Shown here piece by piece: positions 47,785 to 56,891 of a stretch of 64,000 bases of DNA. Under the pieces are notes generated by a model. The model made no database searches. It was not told the origin of the DNA and worked only from the letters and a program-made list of their open reading frames with translations. The DNA is from an uncultured Lachnospiraceae bacterium (lineage in GTDB: Bacteria; Bacillota; Clostridia; Lachnospirales; Lachnospiraceae): contig CACZJL010000007.1 of NCBI GenBank assembly GCA_902781505.1, positions 5,869 to 69,868 of the forward strand, written 5' to 3'. The first letter of the stretch is position 1, and each line of letters begins with the position of its first letter. The translations under genes and the position numbers were made by a program.

Positions 47785-48752
47785 TTTTCACTCTCTTCCC
47801 TTGTTTCCAAAGAATCCTTCTTTGTTTTTCTGTTTGTAAACTTCGTAACCTTCACTTCCTGACGCGCAATCACACGCTTTGGAATTGCTGTTACGTAGTA
47901 GTAATACTCACTGTCCTCGAACCGTAAATGCTCCGTTCTCTTGTAATCCAAATTGAATCGGAAAATGCCGGAGAGATACCCGATCAATGCCCCAAGCGCC
48001 GTGCCAACAACGGTTCCGGCCAGATCTAACTGTCCTTCGAGTAACACATCTGAAATCAGAAGAGTCAGGAACTGTGTTGTCACACCGGCAATAATCGCAT
48101 AATTCCAGGCATGTGCAACCGCTCTGGTTCTCACATAGTATACAACTCCCATGGTAACCAAGGTCATAATCAGTACAACCAGCATTGCACGGTTCATCAG
48201 GATACTTTCATAAATGTAACTGAACATGTGAACATTGTCTGTCGCAGTCTGACGAGTCAGTGTTGTCTCATAAACCGAGATGGTATTTAACATATAAAAG
48301 CTAAAGATTCCGATACAGGTAGGAATCACATTCACCGCTCCGAAATTCAGGGCAATTACAATCGGTATTACATACGGAATCTTAAGAAATGCACAGACAC
48401 CGGCAAGCAGAATAATATAGGCTGCCTTCGGTGTGAATCGCAGAAACAAAAGATACAGCACCACAATAATGATTCCCATTGCCAGTCCCAGTTCGGTTGA
48501 TAAAGCGAACAGATGTACAAAAATAAATCCGGTATCCACAAGGAGCATGAATTTGCCCGGAAGGAATGCACAGACTAAAGATAACAACAGGATAAAATAT
48601 GGATTTTTTAGTGCTCCAAGATATCCGATGCTGCCATTTAACAATATTAACGTAATCAAAGTCACAAGGAATCGAAAAGCTGGCACGATGCGGCTGTCAT
48701 GCGCATCATAAAACTTTATTATCTTTTCCCTGATTTCAAGTAAAAAACCCAT
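47781..48752 (-). CDS. Polytopic membrane protein of unknown function (323 aa)
   Basis: I read at least 8 hydrophobic helices and a basic/acidic C-terminal tail, with no recognisable motif. The stop codon overlaps the cdaA start. Confidence 0.65.
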   Translation of the reverse strand: MGFLLEIREKIIKFYDAHDSRIVPAFRFLVTLITLILLNGSIGYLGALKNPYFILLLSLVCAFLPGKFMLLVDTGFIFVHLFALSTELGLAMGIIIVVLYLLFLRFTPKAAYIILLAGVCAFLKIPYVIPIVIALNFGAVNVIPTCIGIFSFYMLNTISVYETTLTRQTATDNVHMFSYIYESILMNRAMLVVLIMTLVTMGVVYYVRTRAVAHAWNYAIIAGVTTQFLTLLISDVLLEGQLDLAGTVVGTALGALIGYLSGIFRFNLDYKRTEHLRFEDSEYYYYVTAIPKRVIARQEVKVTKFTNRKTKKDSLETREESEK

Positions 48753-48755
48753 AAG

Positions 48756-49172
48756 TTAACTTTCTTTCTTATTTGAACTGCTGTCATTCATCTTCTTCAG
48801 AATGTTTCTTCTGCTCTCATAGCGCTTTACATCAACGCGGGTTCTGTCATAGAGCGAAGAATAGTAATACGTCGCAATCAGCGTATAGATAATGACAAAG
48901 GCAGCATAGATGCCCCATGGCAACTGCCATAATTTAGCCGGAGTAAAGGTATTCACCAGCTGCTCAATTTTCTCTGCCTGTGTCGGATTAATCATCGCAA
49001 CTACCAGACCGATAAAAAACAACGAAACATTTGTAATCAGGAAGGTCTCAACCACTCCGTTCATGACAAATTTTCTCTTTGAAACATGCGCAGATTCCAG
49101 TATTTCGCGAGCTTCTTTTTTTTCATACATCGCCATACCGGTCATCACGCGAATCTTTTTCTCGTCTACCAC
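48756..49172 (-). CDS. Small two-TM membrane protein of unknown function
   Basis: The ORF extends to an ATG at 49208 that lacks an RBS. An in-frame GTG at 49172 lies 7 nt after AAGAGG. Two hydrophobic helices are present (FLITNVSLFFIGLVVAMI and WGIYAAFVIIYTLIATYYY). Confidence 0.5.
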   Translation of the reverse strand: MVDEKKIRVMTGMAMYEKKEAREILESAHVSKRKFVMNGVVETFLITNVSLFFIGLVVAMINPTQAEKIEQLVNTFTPAKLWQLPWGIYAAFVIIYTLIATYYYSSLYDRTRVDVKRYESRRNILKKMNDSSSNKKES

Positions 49173-49240
49173 ACGTTCACCTCTTTCTATTCCATAAGAT
49201 TTTATCATATTTTATTGTTTTAGAAAAGAACGAGGCAATG

Positions 49241-49277
49241 AAAAAACCTGTAAAACCAAACTTTGGTCTCACAGGTT
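49241..49277 (-). terminator. Terminator after the feo-associated genes
   Basis: The stem pairs AACCTGT (49245-49251) with ACAGGTT (49271-49277), with an inner ACCAAA/TTTGGT pairing. A T-run follows on the minus strand. Confidence 0.7.
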
Positions 49278-49292
49278 CTTCACTGTATGATT

Positions 49293-49652
49293 TTATTTTA
49301 AGTCTGCGTCATATCCTGCTGCACACACTGCTGCAATCAGTTTGGAAGCGGGAATTTCCTGTTTCATGTGAACAAGCGCCTCTTTTCTGCCCAGGTTCAC
49401 CTCTGCAAGAACACCATCCATCTCATTTAATGCATTTTCCACGCGAATCGTGCAGTTTTTACAATGCATTCCGCCAATACTGAGGCGCTGATCAAATGGA
49501 TAGTTCTTTTTATTTGGATCTCCTGCTTTCACTCTCTTCACAGAATCACCGCCACTTCCACAGCAACCACTGTGAATTCGCCTGCGACTTTCCCTTATTC
49601 CCAACACAAAGGATCCGGCTAATATCATCATAATAATAATTGTTGCTGCCAT
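49293..49652 (-). CDS. TM + Cys-cluster anchor fused to a heavy-metal-associated (HMA) domain
   Basis: The ATG at 49652 follows AAAGGAGA. The N-terminus MAATIIIMMILAGSFVLGIRESRRRIHSGCCGSGGD is followed by an HMA motif (GGMHCKNCTIRVENAL). The ORF track extends upstream from a GTG that overlaps the previous gene. Confidence 0.75.
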   Translation of the reverse strand: MAATIIIMMILAGSFVLGIRESRRRIHSGCCGSGGDSVKRVKAGDPNKKNYPFDQRLSIGGMHCKNCTIRVENALNEMDGVLAEVNLGRKEALVHMKQEIPASKLIAAVCAAGYDADLK

Positions 49653-49653
49653 T

Positions 49654-49833
49654 TTATTTCTCCTTTTTCGATCTGTGCTCTGACTCAGACTGTGCATAAA
49701 TGCAGTGACTGCAGTCACCACCGGAGCACTTGTGTCCCTCGCTTCCGCACATTCCGTTTTTTATATTGTACCTTGTGGCTGCAATGGCACCCACGATAAT
49801 TAATGCCAGAATAATAACTGATGTGAGATTCAT
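49654..49833 (-). CDS. FeoB-associated Cys-rich membrane protein (59 aa, too short for the ORF track)
   Basis: The ATG at 49833 follows AAAGGAG. The translation is MNLTSVIILALIIVGAIAATRYNIKNGMCGSEGHKCSGGDCSHCIYAQSESEHRSKKEK. It starts 26 nt after the feoB stop. Confidence 0.7.
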   Translation of the reverse strand: MNLTSVIILALIIVGAIAATRYNIKNGMCGSEGHKCSGGDCSHCIYAQSESEHRSKKEK

Positions 49834-49859
49834 AATGCTCCTTTCTTAAGTCAGCCTGA

Positions 49860-52010
49860 TCAGATACTGTCGACTGCAAGTTTACTTTCTGTTTTCACCT
49901 TTGGTGCCGGACGAATAATGAAGAATACTGCAACCATCAAGAGAATGATTGCAATGACCTGTCCGATTCCAAATCCTGTTACACCTGTCATCCATCCGCC
50001 AAGCTGATATGCTTCAAATGCAAGGAAATATCCCATGCAAAGCTGATAGATTACTGCAAACCATCCCCACGCCTTGCTTCCCATTTCTCTGAGAGTTGCT
50101 GCAATTGCTGCAACACAAGGAGCGTTGAAGCAGTTTAAAAGCATGAAGGAAAGACCAACTAAAGCACTTCCGCCAAACATGGTAGAAATTGCTGCTTCAA
50201 TTTCGCCTTCTGCTTCACCTGCACCCGCTAAAACACCGAGGGTACCGACTGCCTGTTCCTTCGCCATCAAGGCTGAAATTACAGATACAGCCCCCTTCCA
50301 GTCGCCAAAGCCAACCGGCTTAAAGATCCAGGCAAGTACTGAACCAATTGCCTGTAACATGGAAGATTCAATATCACCATCAAGGTATTCGAATGCAAAG
50401 GAGAAGTTGCTTAAGAACCAGATTACAACACACGCTGTAAAGATGATCGTACCTGCCTTAATTATAAAGGCCTTTGCTCTCTCCCACATATGAAGAAGAA
50501 CACCTCTGAAGGATGGAATATGATATGCCGGAAGTTCCATTACGAATGGAGCTGGCTCACCTGCAAATGCTTTTGTTTTCTTTAATGCAATTCCTGAAAG
50601 AATAATTACTGCGATTCCAAGGAAATACATGGCAGGTGCCACAAATGCGGAACCTGGGAAGAAGATGGTTGCAATCATTGCGATAATTTCAAACTTTGCA
50701 GAACAAGGCATGAAAGTGGAAAGCATGATTGTCATTCTGCGATCCTTCTCTTCTTCGATTGTTCTTGCCGCCATGACAGCCGGCACGCCGCATCCTGTAC
50801 CAATTAACATCGGAATGAAGGATTTGCCGGAAAGGCCGAATCTTCTGAAGATTCTGTCCATGATGAACGCAACTCTTGCCATATATCCTGAATCTTCAAG
50901 TAATGACAGGAAGAAGAAAATCATCAGCATCTGAGGAACAAAGCCAAGTACGGTTCCAACGCCACCGATAATACCATCAACAATCAGACTCTGTAACCAT
51001 CCGGCAACGCCTAGTGCTTCAAGTCCTGAATTAGCTGCATCTGTAATAATCTCACCAAACAGCACATCATTTGTCCAGTCAGTTGCTGCCGTTCCGATTG
51101 TTGTTACAGAAATATAATACATAATAAAAATCAATGCTGCAAAGATTGGAAGAGCAAGGAATCGATTGGTAACAATCTTATCGATTTTATCAGACACACT
51201 CAACTCGCCCGGCTTGCGCTTCTTTTTAACAGACTTTGATACAAGTCCCTGAATATATTCATATCTCTGATTCGTGATGATGGATTCTGCATCATCATCG
51301 CATTCTGTTTCACAATCTGCAATATGCTGCTCAATATGAGCTTTCACCTCATCGCTTAAAGCCAGACGCGCGAGTACCTTTTCATCCCGCTCAAACACCT
51401 TGATTGCCATCCAGCGAATAGCTCTTGCGTCGACCAGTGATTCAATGGATTCCTCGATATGAGCAATCGCATGTTCAACGCTGCCGCCAAAGACATGTGG
51501 GAGTTCTCCCTCTCTTCCTTCCTTCGCAAGTGCAATTGCTGCTTTTGCTGCATCCATCGCACCGTCATTTTTTAAGGCGCTCATTTCAACGACCTTACAG
51601 CCAAGAGCTTGTCCAAGCTTCTTTGTGTCAATGACATCACCGTTTTTCTTAACCAGATCCATCATATTCACTGCAACAACAGTTGGAATACCAAGTTCAA
51701 TCAGCTGTGTTGTCAGATACAAGTTACGTTCAATATTTGTGCCGTCAATAATATTTAAAATGACATCCGGTCTTTCATCTACCAGATATCTTCTTGTTAC
51801 AACCTCTTCAAGAGTATATGGGGAAAGAGAGTAAATACCAGGTAAATCCTGAATGAATACTTCCTTATTTCCTTTTAAGTGTCCTTCCTTTTTTTCGACT
51901 GTAACGCCAGGCCAGTTACCGACATACTGAGAACTGCCTGTCAATGCATTAAAAAGTGTTGTTTTGCCGCAGTTTGGGTTACCTGCTAATGCGATTTTAA
52001 TCTCTGCCAT
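49860..52010 (-). CDS. feoB: Ferrous iron transporter FeoB
   Basis: An N-terminal G-domain (ALAGNPNCGKTTLFNALTG) precedes a large polytopic permease. The product is 716 aa. Confidence 0.96.
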   Translation of the reverse strand: MAEIKIALAGNPNCGKTTLFNALTGSSQYVGNWPGVTVEKKEGHLKGNKEVFIQDLPGIYSLSPYTLEEVVTRRYLVDERPDVILNIIDGTNIERNLYLTTQLIELGIPTVVAVNMMDLVKKNGDVIDTKKLGQALGCKVVEMSALKNDGAMDAAKAAIALAKEGREGELPHVFGGSVEHAIAHIEESIESLVDARAIRWMAIKVFERDEKVLARLALSDEVKAHIEQHIADCETECDDDAESIITNQRYEYIQGLVSKSVKKKRKPGELSVSDKIDKIVTNRFLALPIFAALIFIMYYISVTTIGTAATDWTNDVLFGEIITDAANSGLEALGVAGWLQSLIVDGIIGGVGTVLGFVPQMLMIFFFLSLLEDSGYMARVAFIMDRIFRRFGLSGKSFIPMLIGTGCGVPAVMAARTIEEEKDRRMTIMLSTFMPCSAKFEIIAMIATIFFPGSAFVAPAMYFLGIAVIILSGIALKKTKAFAGEPAPFVMELPAYHIPSFRGVLLHMWERAKAFIIKAGTIIFTACVVIWFLSNFSFAFEYLDGDIESSMLQAIGSVLAWIFKPVGFGDWKGAVSVISALMAKEQAVGTLGVLAGAGEAEGEIEAAISTMFGGSALVGLSFMLLNCFNAPCVAAIAATLREMGSKAWGWFAVIYQLCMGYFLAFEAYQLGGWMTGVTGFGIGQVIAIILLMVAVFFIIRPAPKVKTESKLAVDSI

Positions 52011-52028
52011 TTCCTTGTCCTTTTCCCT

Positions 52029-52256
52029 TTAGTTTTCTTCCATTTCAAGAATATCTGCATCCGCCTTACGAAGCGATAATTCATATCCTCTTACTGTAAT
52101 CTCAACCGGATCGCCAAGTGGCGCCACTTTACGAACATAAATGGAAGTACCTTTGGTAATCCCCATGTCCATGATTCTTCTTTTCACTGCACCGGTTCCC
52201 TGAATCTTAGTCACAACTGCACTCGATCCCACAGGAATGTCTCTTAATGTTTTCAT
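52029..52256 (-). CDS. feoA: FeoA family protein
   Basis: The ATG at 52256 follows GGGAGGA. The 75-aa SH3-like FeoA sequence begins MKTLRDIPVGSSAVVTKIQG. Confidence 0.85.
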   Translation of the reverse strand: MKTLRDIPVGSSAVVTKIQGTGAVKRRIMDMGITKGTSIYVRKVAPLGDPVEITVRGYELSLRKADADILEMEEN

Positions 52257-52269
52257 GTTCCATCCTCCC

Positions 52270-52482
52270 TTAAACAAAGATTTTTGCTGCCATTTCCTTA
52301 GTGACAGCAAGTCTTGAGTCTTTAATGCCGACAATCACATCCCCGTTATGTGATGAAATCACCTGTACATCCGCTCCTACACAAAAGCCTAAATCTTCAA
52401 GATGTTTCTTTACCTGAGCTGTTCCTGTCGTTCTCTGTACAAAGTACCTTCCTCCCGGCTCTGCAAATGTTAAAGGTAACAT
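52270..52482 (-). CDS. feoA: FeoA family protein (second copy)
   Basis: The 70-aa product has a FeoA-like pattern (LEDLGFCVGADVQVIS). It is the first gene of the feo operon. Confidence 0.8.
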   Translation of the reverse strand: MLPLTFAEPGGRYFVQRTTGTAQVKKHLEDLGFCVGADVQVISSHNGDVIVGIKDSRLAVTKEMAAKIFV

Positions 52483-52538
52483 TTTTTACCTCCTGTAAAT
52501 TAAGACGCACAACGGTTCGTCTTATCTAACTTGCATAC

Positions 52539-52567
52539 AGTTTATACCAACTAACTCGTAATGTCAA
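52539..52567 (-). promoter_or_regulatory. Candidate feo promoter
   Basis: On the minus strand I read TTGACA (52562-52567), a 17-nt spacer, and TAAACT (52539-52544). Direct repeats of AGTTAGTTG flank it at 52548-52556 and 52568-52576. Confidence 0.45.
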
Positions 52568-52619
52568 CAACTAACTATAATTTTATCCATATTACCATGG
52601 TTTGTTTAAGCGCACACGT

Positions 52620-52651
52620 AAAAAAGGCCGCGAAACAAACGTTTCGCGGCC
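52620..52651 (-). terminator. Terminator after the NSS transporter gene
   Basis: An 11-bp stem pairs GGCCGCGAAAC (52626-52636) with GTTTCGCGGCC (52641-52651). A T-run follows on the minus strand. Confidence 0.85.
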
Positions 52652-52665
52652 TAACCTTAATTAAT

Positions 52666-54030
52666 TTACATTGTTACGATTCCGAACTGATTCAAAATAG
52701 CACTTATTAAAATAATGATACAGAAGATTGGAGCTATGTATTTAACAACAATAACAAACATGCCCTTTCTTCCGAATTTAGAGGAAACCTTAACTTCTTC
52801 CTCAATTTTGTCAATTCCGACATACTTTGTAACAAGGATGCAGGTGCAGAACGCTGCAATCGGCATCATCAGAGAGTTTGTAAGGAAATCGAACATGTCA
52901 AGAATACTCATTCCCGCTAAGGAAATGAAGTCTAATACATTGAAACCTAATGCACTTAAAATACCCATTACAAGATAAAGAAGCGTAATCAGAACAGTAC
53001 ATACCCTGTGGCTCTTATGAATCTCATCACAAAGTGAGGAAACAGAAGTTACCATCAGAGAAATGGAACTTGTCAATGCAGCAAGTAATACCAGCAGGAA
53101 GAAGAAAAATCCTACAATAGAACCAAATGGCATATTAGCAAATACCTTTGGAATGGTAATGAACATCAGGGATGGACCCGCCTTCAGGTTCGCTGTTGCA
53201 TCAGCACCGGAATAGGCAAATACAGCGGGGATGATCATGCAGGCTGCAAGTATTGCAATCGCAGTATCAAAGATAGAAACCTGCTTAATGGACTTCTCCA
53301 TATCGATTTCTCTCTTCATGTATGAACCGTAGGTATAAAGAATACCCATTGCAATGGAAAGAGAATAGAACATCTGTCCCATTGCTGATACAAAGGTCAT
53401 GACAGAGAACTTTGAAACATCCGGTACAAAGATGTACTTAACGCCTTCAAATGCACCTGGTCTTGTCATAACAAAGCCCGCAATTACAACTGCAATGATA
53501 ACAAGAACTGGCATCATAACCTTGGAAGTTGCCTCTACGCCACTTTCAACACCGATGAATACAACGATGCATACGAGGAGAAGATATACCAGGAAACATG
53601 CAATGGTTAATTTAGGATCGCCAAGGAATTCCGTAAATGTAGTCTCCTCTGCAAGATACTGAGACTTTCCGGTCAGGTAACCGACGAAATAACGGAATAC
53701 CCAGCCTCCGATTACTGCATAATAACCGCCGATTAACATTGGGATGACCGCATTAATCCAGCCGCCAAACTTGTGAAAGAAGGAAGAGCCAAACGCACCA
53801 AAGGATCCTACAGGACTCTTTCTTGTCATTCGACCAATTGTCATTTCACTCGTCATCATTGTGTAACCAAAGGTTATCGCTAAGATAATGTAAACTAATA
53901 AGAAGATACCGCCGCCATATTTAGCAGCAAGGTATGGGAAACGCCAGATATTACCAAGTCCTACCGCAGAACCTGCTGTAGCAAGGATGAATCCGAGCTT
54001 TCCGGAAAAAGAAGCTCTTTTCTTGTCCAT
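52666..54030 (-). CDS. Sodium-dependent transporter, NSS/SNF family
   Basis: The N-terminal signature is AGSAVGLGNIWRFPYLA. The product is a 454-aa polytopic membrane protein. Confidence 0.9.
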   Translation of the reverse strand: MDKKRASFSGKLGFILATAGSAVGLGNIWRFPYLAAKYGGGIFLLVYIILAITFGYTMMTSEMTIGRMTRKSPVGSFGAFGSSFFHKFGGWINAVIPMLIGGYYAVIGGWVFRYFVGYLTGKSQYLAEETTFTEFLGDPKLTIACFLVYLLLVCIVVFIGVESGVEATSKVMMPVLVIIAVVIAGFVMTRPGAFEGVKYIFVPDVSKFSVMTFVSAMGQMFYSLSIAMGILYTYGSYMKREIDMEKSIKQVSIFDTAIAILAACMIIPAVFAYSGADATANLKAGPSLMFITIPKVFANMPFGSIVGFFFFLLVLLAALTSSISLMVTSVSSLCDEIHKSHRVCTVLITLLYLVMGILSALGFNVLDFISLAGMSILDMFDFLTNSLMMPIAAFCTCILVTKYVGIDKIEEEVKVSSKFGRKGMFVIVVKYIAPIFCIIILISAILNQFGIVTM

Positions 54031-54181
54031 AATAAAACTCCAATACTAAAAAATTTACAGGCAAACAAAATACTTAGAAATACCTTGTTACCCGCGAGCT
54101 TGTTTATTATATCTTATTCGTTTAATAATGGCAATCACTATATTTTAATGCTTTAATATAGCGAAGATTTAAAGTCAGAAA

Positions 54182-55444
54182 TCAGTTTGCATGGCGCCTT
54201 ATGGAGAATGTATTCTTCTCCTGATCGAGGGAAATGATGAAATAAATCTTCCCCTCATTCCATTCTGCGCGAATCCTTCCTTTCAGCACTCCCACAATCT
54301 GACGTGCCATGGAAAGCCCGATTCCAAACCCGCTTTTCTTTGAATTATGTGAAGTATCGGCACGGTAGAATCGGTCAAAGAATTTACCGCAATCCACATC
54401 TTTGCCGTCTTTATAGTCATTCGATACAATGATATCTACCGAGCGCTTCTCTTTCATGACGGAAAGCTGCACTGTTCCGCCATCATCACAGTATTTGGCC
54501 GCGTTATCAAGAAGGATGTTCATCAACTCCTGCACAAGAGATGCATCGGTCTTCACAACCAGATCCTCCGTAATTGCATGAGTGAACTGCTTTCCGGCCT
54601 GTTTCATGACTGCCTCAAAAGAATCCGCTGTCTCTCTTGCCATATCCGAAACATTGACATCCGTAATTGTAAGATTCTCGCCGTCCTCTTCCATTCTGGC
54701 CATCGTGATCAGGTTATTGACCAGTCGACTCAGTCGTTTTACCTGATTCATAGTCGATTTCGTCCATTCATTCTCACCCTGCGCCATTTCAAGCACTTCC
54801 GTATTGGCAGAAATGACCGCAAGCGGCGTTTTAAGCTCATGTCCTGCATTAGTGATAAACATTTTCTGCTTTTCCACAGCCTCAACAATAGGCTCGACCA
54901 CCTTGCCTGAAATCAGCACCGATGTAATCCAGACAATAAACAGGGCCACAATAAGAATTCCAAGAGATATCTGAGCCAGATATCTGGCGCCTGTCAGCTC
55001 CTGCGTACAATCAAGGAAGATCACAAGATCCGTTCCATCAGAAAGAACTACTCTTCTGATATCATAGTAGGACTTATCAATAGCAACCACAACATTGGTC
55101 ATTCCAGGTGCTGCATATTCCTGCGCGTAATCAACCGCCATCTCCGTGTCAAACTGTGCGATATGATTGACATTAACCTCCATTAAGTTGTCATTCACGT
55201 CATACAGCACCGTAAAATAGCGGACTTCAAATGCAAATTCCGCTGTGATTCCGGCCTTTTTCACGGTTCGTGACACATCTTCGACTTCACCGTTCTGCTC
55301 CTCAATCAGCGAAATCCGGTTCTTCACAACCTGTCTGATTCGGATGGCATTACCAAGATTCAGAGCAAGAAACAGCACGGTCAGAAGTGTCGCCATGACT
55401 CCAAGGACCGTCAGTACAAATTTTCTCTGTAGCTTTTTCTTCAT
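54182..55444 (-). CDS. Sensor histidine kinase
   Basis: Two TM segments flank an extracytoplasmic loop. The H-box is AGHELKTPLAVI, followed by the N-box and a G-box GFGIGLSMARQIV. Confidence 0.9.
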   Translation of the reverse strand: MKKKLQRKFVLTVLGVMATLLTVLFLALNLGNAIRIRQVVKNRISLIEEQNGEVEDVSRTVKKAGITAEFAFEVRYFTVLYDVNDNLMEVNVNHIAQFDTEMAVDYAQEYAAPGMTNVVVAIDKSYYDIRRVVLSDGTDLVIFLDCTQELTGARYLAQISLGILIVALFIVWITSVLISGKVVEPIVEAVEKQKMFITNAGHELKTPLAVISANTEVLEMAQGENEWTKSTMNQVKRLSRLVNNLITMARMEEDGENLTITDVNVSDMARETADSFEAVMKQAGKQFTHAITEDLVVKTDASLVQELMNILLDNAAKYCDDGGTVQLSVMKEKRSVDIIVSNDYKDGKDVDCGKFFDRFYRADTSHNSKKSGFGIGLSMARQIVGVLKGRIRAEWNEGKIYFIISLDQEKNTFSIRRHAN

Positions 55445-55448
55445 AGGC

Positions 55449-56123
55449 TCACGCCCTTTCTGTCATAAGTTTAAAGCTTCCATCCTTCTCACCGGAAATC
55501 ACAACGCGCGCATTAATCGCAGACAGTTTCTTTCTTAAGAAGGAAATATAGACCCAGACAACTTCTCTCTCTGCTTCCAGATCATTCTTCCAAAGCTTGT
55601 CATATAACTGATCTGTCGAAATCTCCTTATTCGGATTTCGTAAAAACAGCTCCATAAGCTCCGCCTCTTTACCCGCCAGACGAATCGTATTTTCACTCTT
55701 CAGCTCAAGATTCTCCGTATTTAAGGAAACATCCGCCCATTTCACCTCAGTCGGGGTATAGCTTGTATTTCTGCGGGTCAGCGAATGAATTCTTGCAACC
55801 AGCTCTTTCATGGCAAATGGTTTGGTCAGATAATCATCTGCCCCTGCATCCAGACCTTCAACGCGGTTTTCTACTTCTGCCTTAGCTGTTAAGAGCAGGG
55901 TCGGAGTAAGATCCCCAGACTCTCTCAGTTCGCGAAGAAGCGTCAGCCCATCCTTTCTTGGCATCATAATATCAAACACATACGCATCATATGCACCGGC
56001 CGATGCCTTTTCAAAAGCCTCCTGTCCATCATATGCCGGATCCGGTTCATATCCCTGCATGGAAAGAATGGCACAGACCGCCTTTGACAGTTCCTTTTCA
56101 TCTTCTGCAAGTAAAATTCTCAT
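55449..56123 (-). CDS. OmpR-family response regulator
   Basis: The receiver domain (MRILLAEDE, then FDIMMPRKDG) is followed by a winged-helix C-terminus. Confidence 0.9.
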   Translation of the reverse strand: MRILLAEDEKELSKAVCAILSMQGYEPDPAYDGQEAFEKASAGAYDAYVFDIMMPRKDGLTLLRELRESGDLTPTLLLTAKAEVENRVEGLDAGADDYLTKPFAMKELVARIHSLTRRNTSYTPTEVKWADVSLNTENLELKSENTIRLAGKEAELMELFLRNPNKEISTDQLYDKLWKNDLEAEREVVWVYISFLRKKLSAINARVVISGEKDGSFKLMTERA

Positions 56124-56125
56124 CT

Positions 56126-56746
56126 TTATTCCTCATCTTCCAAAATCAAATCTCTGATTGTCTGCATCGAAAGGTCCGTAGAAGCCATTTCATCCGCACA
56201 GCGCTTCAATTCAAGCTCAATCAGTCTGGTATTTCTGATATTCTTTTTGTATTTCAGCTTGTGTTCAAGCGCTGCCCAGGAGTCCATCGCAATCGTACGA
56301 AGCTGAATCTCCACAAAAAACTCTCCCGGATTATTACCGTTCACATCCTCAAATGGTTCCTTCACCTTCAGAATCATGTGAAAACTACGATATCCATTTG
56401 GCTTTGCATTCTTAATATAATCCTTTTCCTCAACGATCTCACAATCGGCAAATTCTCTGATTTTCACAACATTTCGATACACATCGTCAATAAATGCACT
56501 CACAATACGGATTCCAATCGCATCGTGCAGCTCATAAAGAGCCGTGTGCGGCGTGACAGGCAGCCCTTTTCTGACACATTTTTCGCGCATCGATTCCTCT
56601 TCCTTAATTCGAGAACTCATGTGTTCAATGAGACCGATGCCGGTCACCTTCTTCTCTTCCTCAGCATATTTCAAAATTCTTGATTTAATATCTTCCATCA
56701 CAAGCGGCAAAGTATCTCTGACGCTTCCATAAATACTCTCTTCCAT
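56126..56746 (-). CDS. Small alarmone synthetase (RelP/RelQ-type GTP pyrophosphokinase)
   Basis: The RelA/SpoT synthetase motifs YRSFHMILKV and EIQLRTIAMDSWAALEHKLKYK are present. The product is 206 aa and there is no hydrolase domain. Confidence 0.85.
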   Translation of the reverse strand: MEESIYGSVRDTLPLVMEDIKSRILKYAEEEKKVTGIGLIEHMSSRIKEEESMREKCVRKGLPVTPHTALYELHDAIGIRIVSAFIDDVYRNVVKIREFADCEIVEEKDYIKNAKPNGYRSFHMILKVKEPFEDVNGNNPGEFFVEIQLRTIAMDSWAALEHKLKYKKNIRNTRLIELELKRCADEMASTDLSMQTIRDLILEDEE

Positions 56747-56891
56747 AATACTTCCTCATTTACAGCGTCTCCTGCTTTCCCCCAAAACATCAGCAGTCCC
56801 GCCTCTTTCGCTTATTATCGCATATTCACTCTGACAGGTACAATGAACTTTCTGTGACGGCGCCCGCCGGCGCTGTTCCAGCTCACATGTG

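Noticed and set aside
49079-49483. A 134-aa plus-strand ORF across the feo-tail/membrane-protein junction
   Set aside because: It overlaps the minus-strand terminator and two minus-strand genes that have good RBSs. Its translation is low-complexity and it has no RBS.
54031-54181. T-box or riboswitch control of the NSS transporter
   Set aside because: The leader is only about 150 nt. It contains a plausible TTGCCA-17-TATAAT promoter and shows no specifier or T-box sequence.
55991-56683. A 230-aa plus-strand ORF
   Set aside because: It is antisense to the relP-like and response-regulator genes, which carry clear family motifs. Its translation is His/Leu/Phe-rich nonsense with no RBS.
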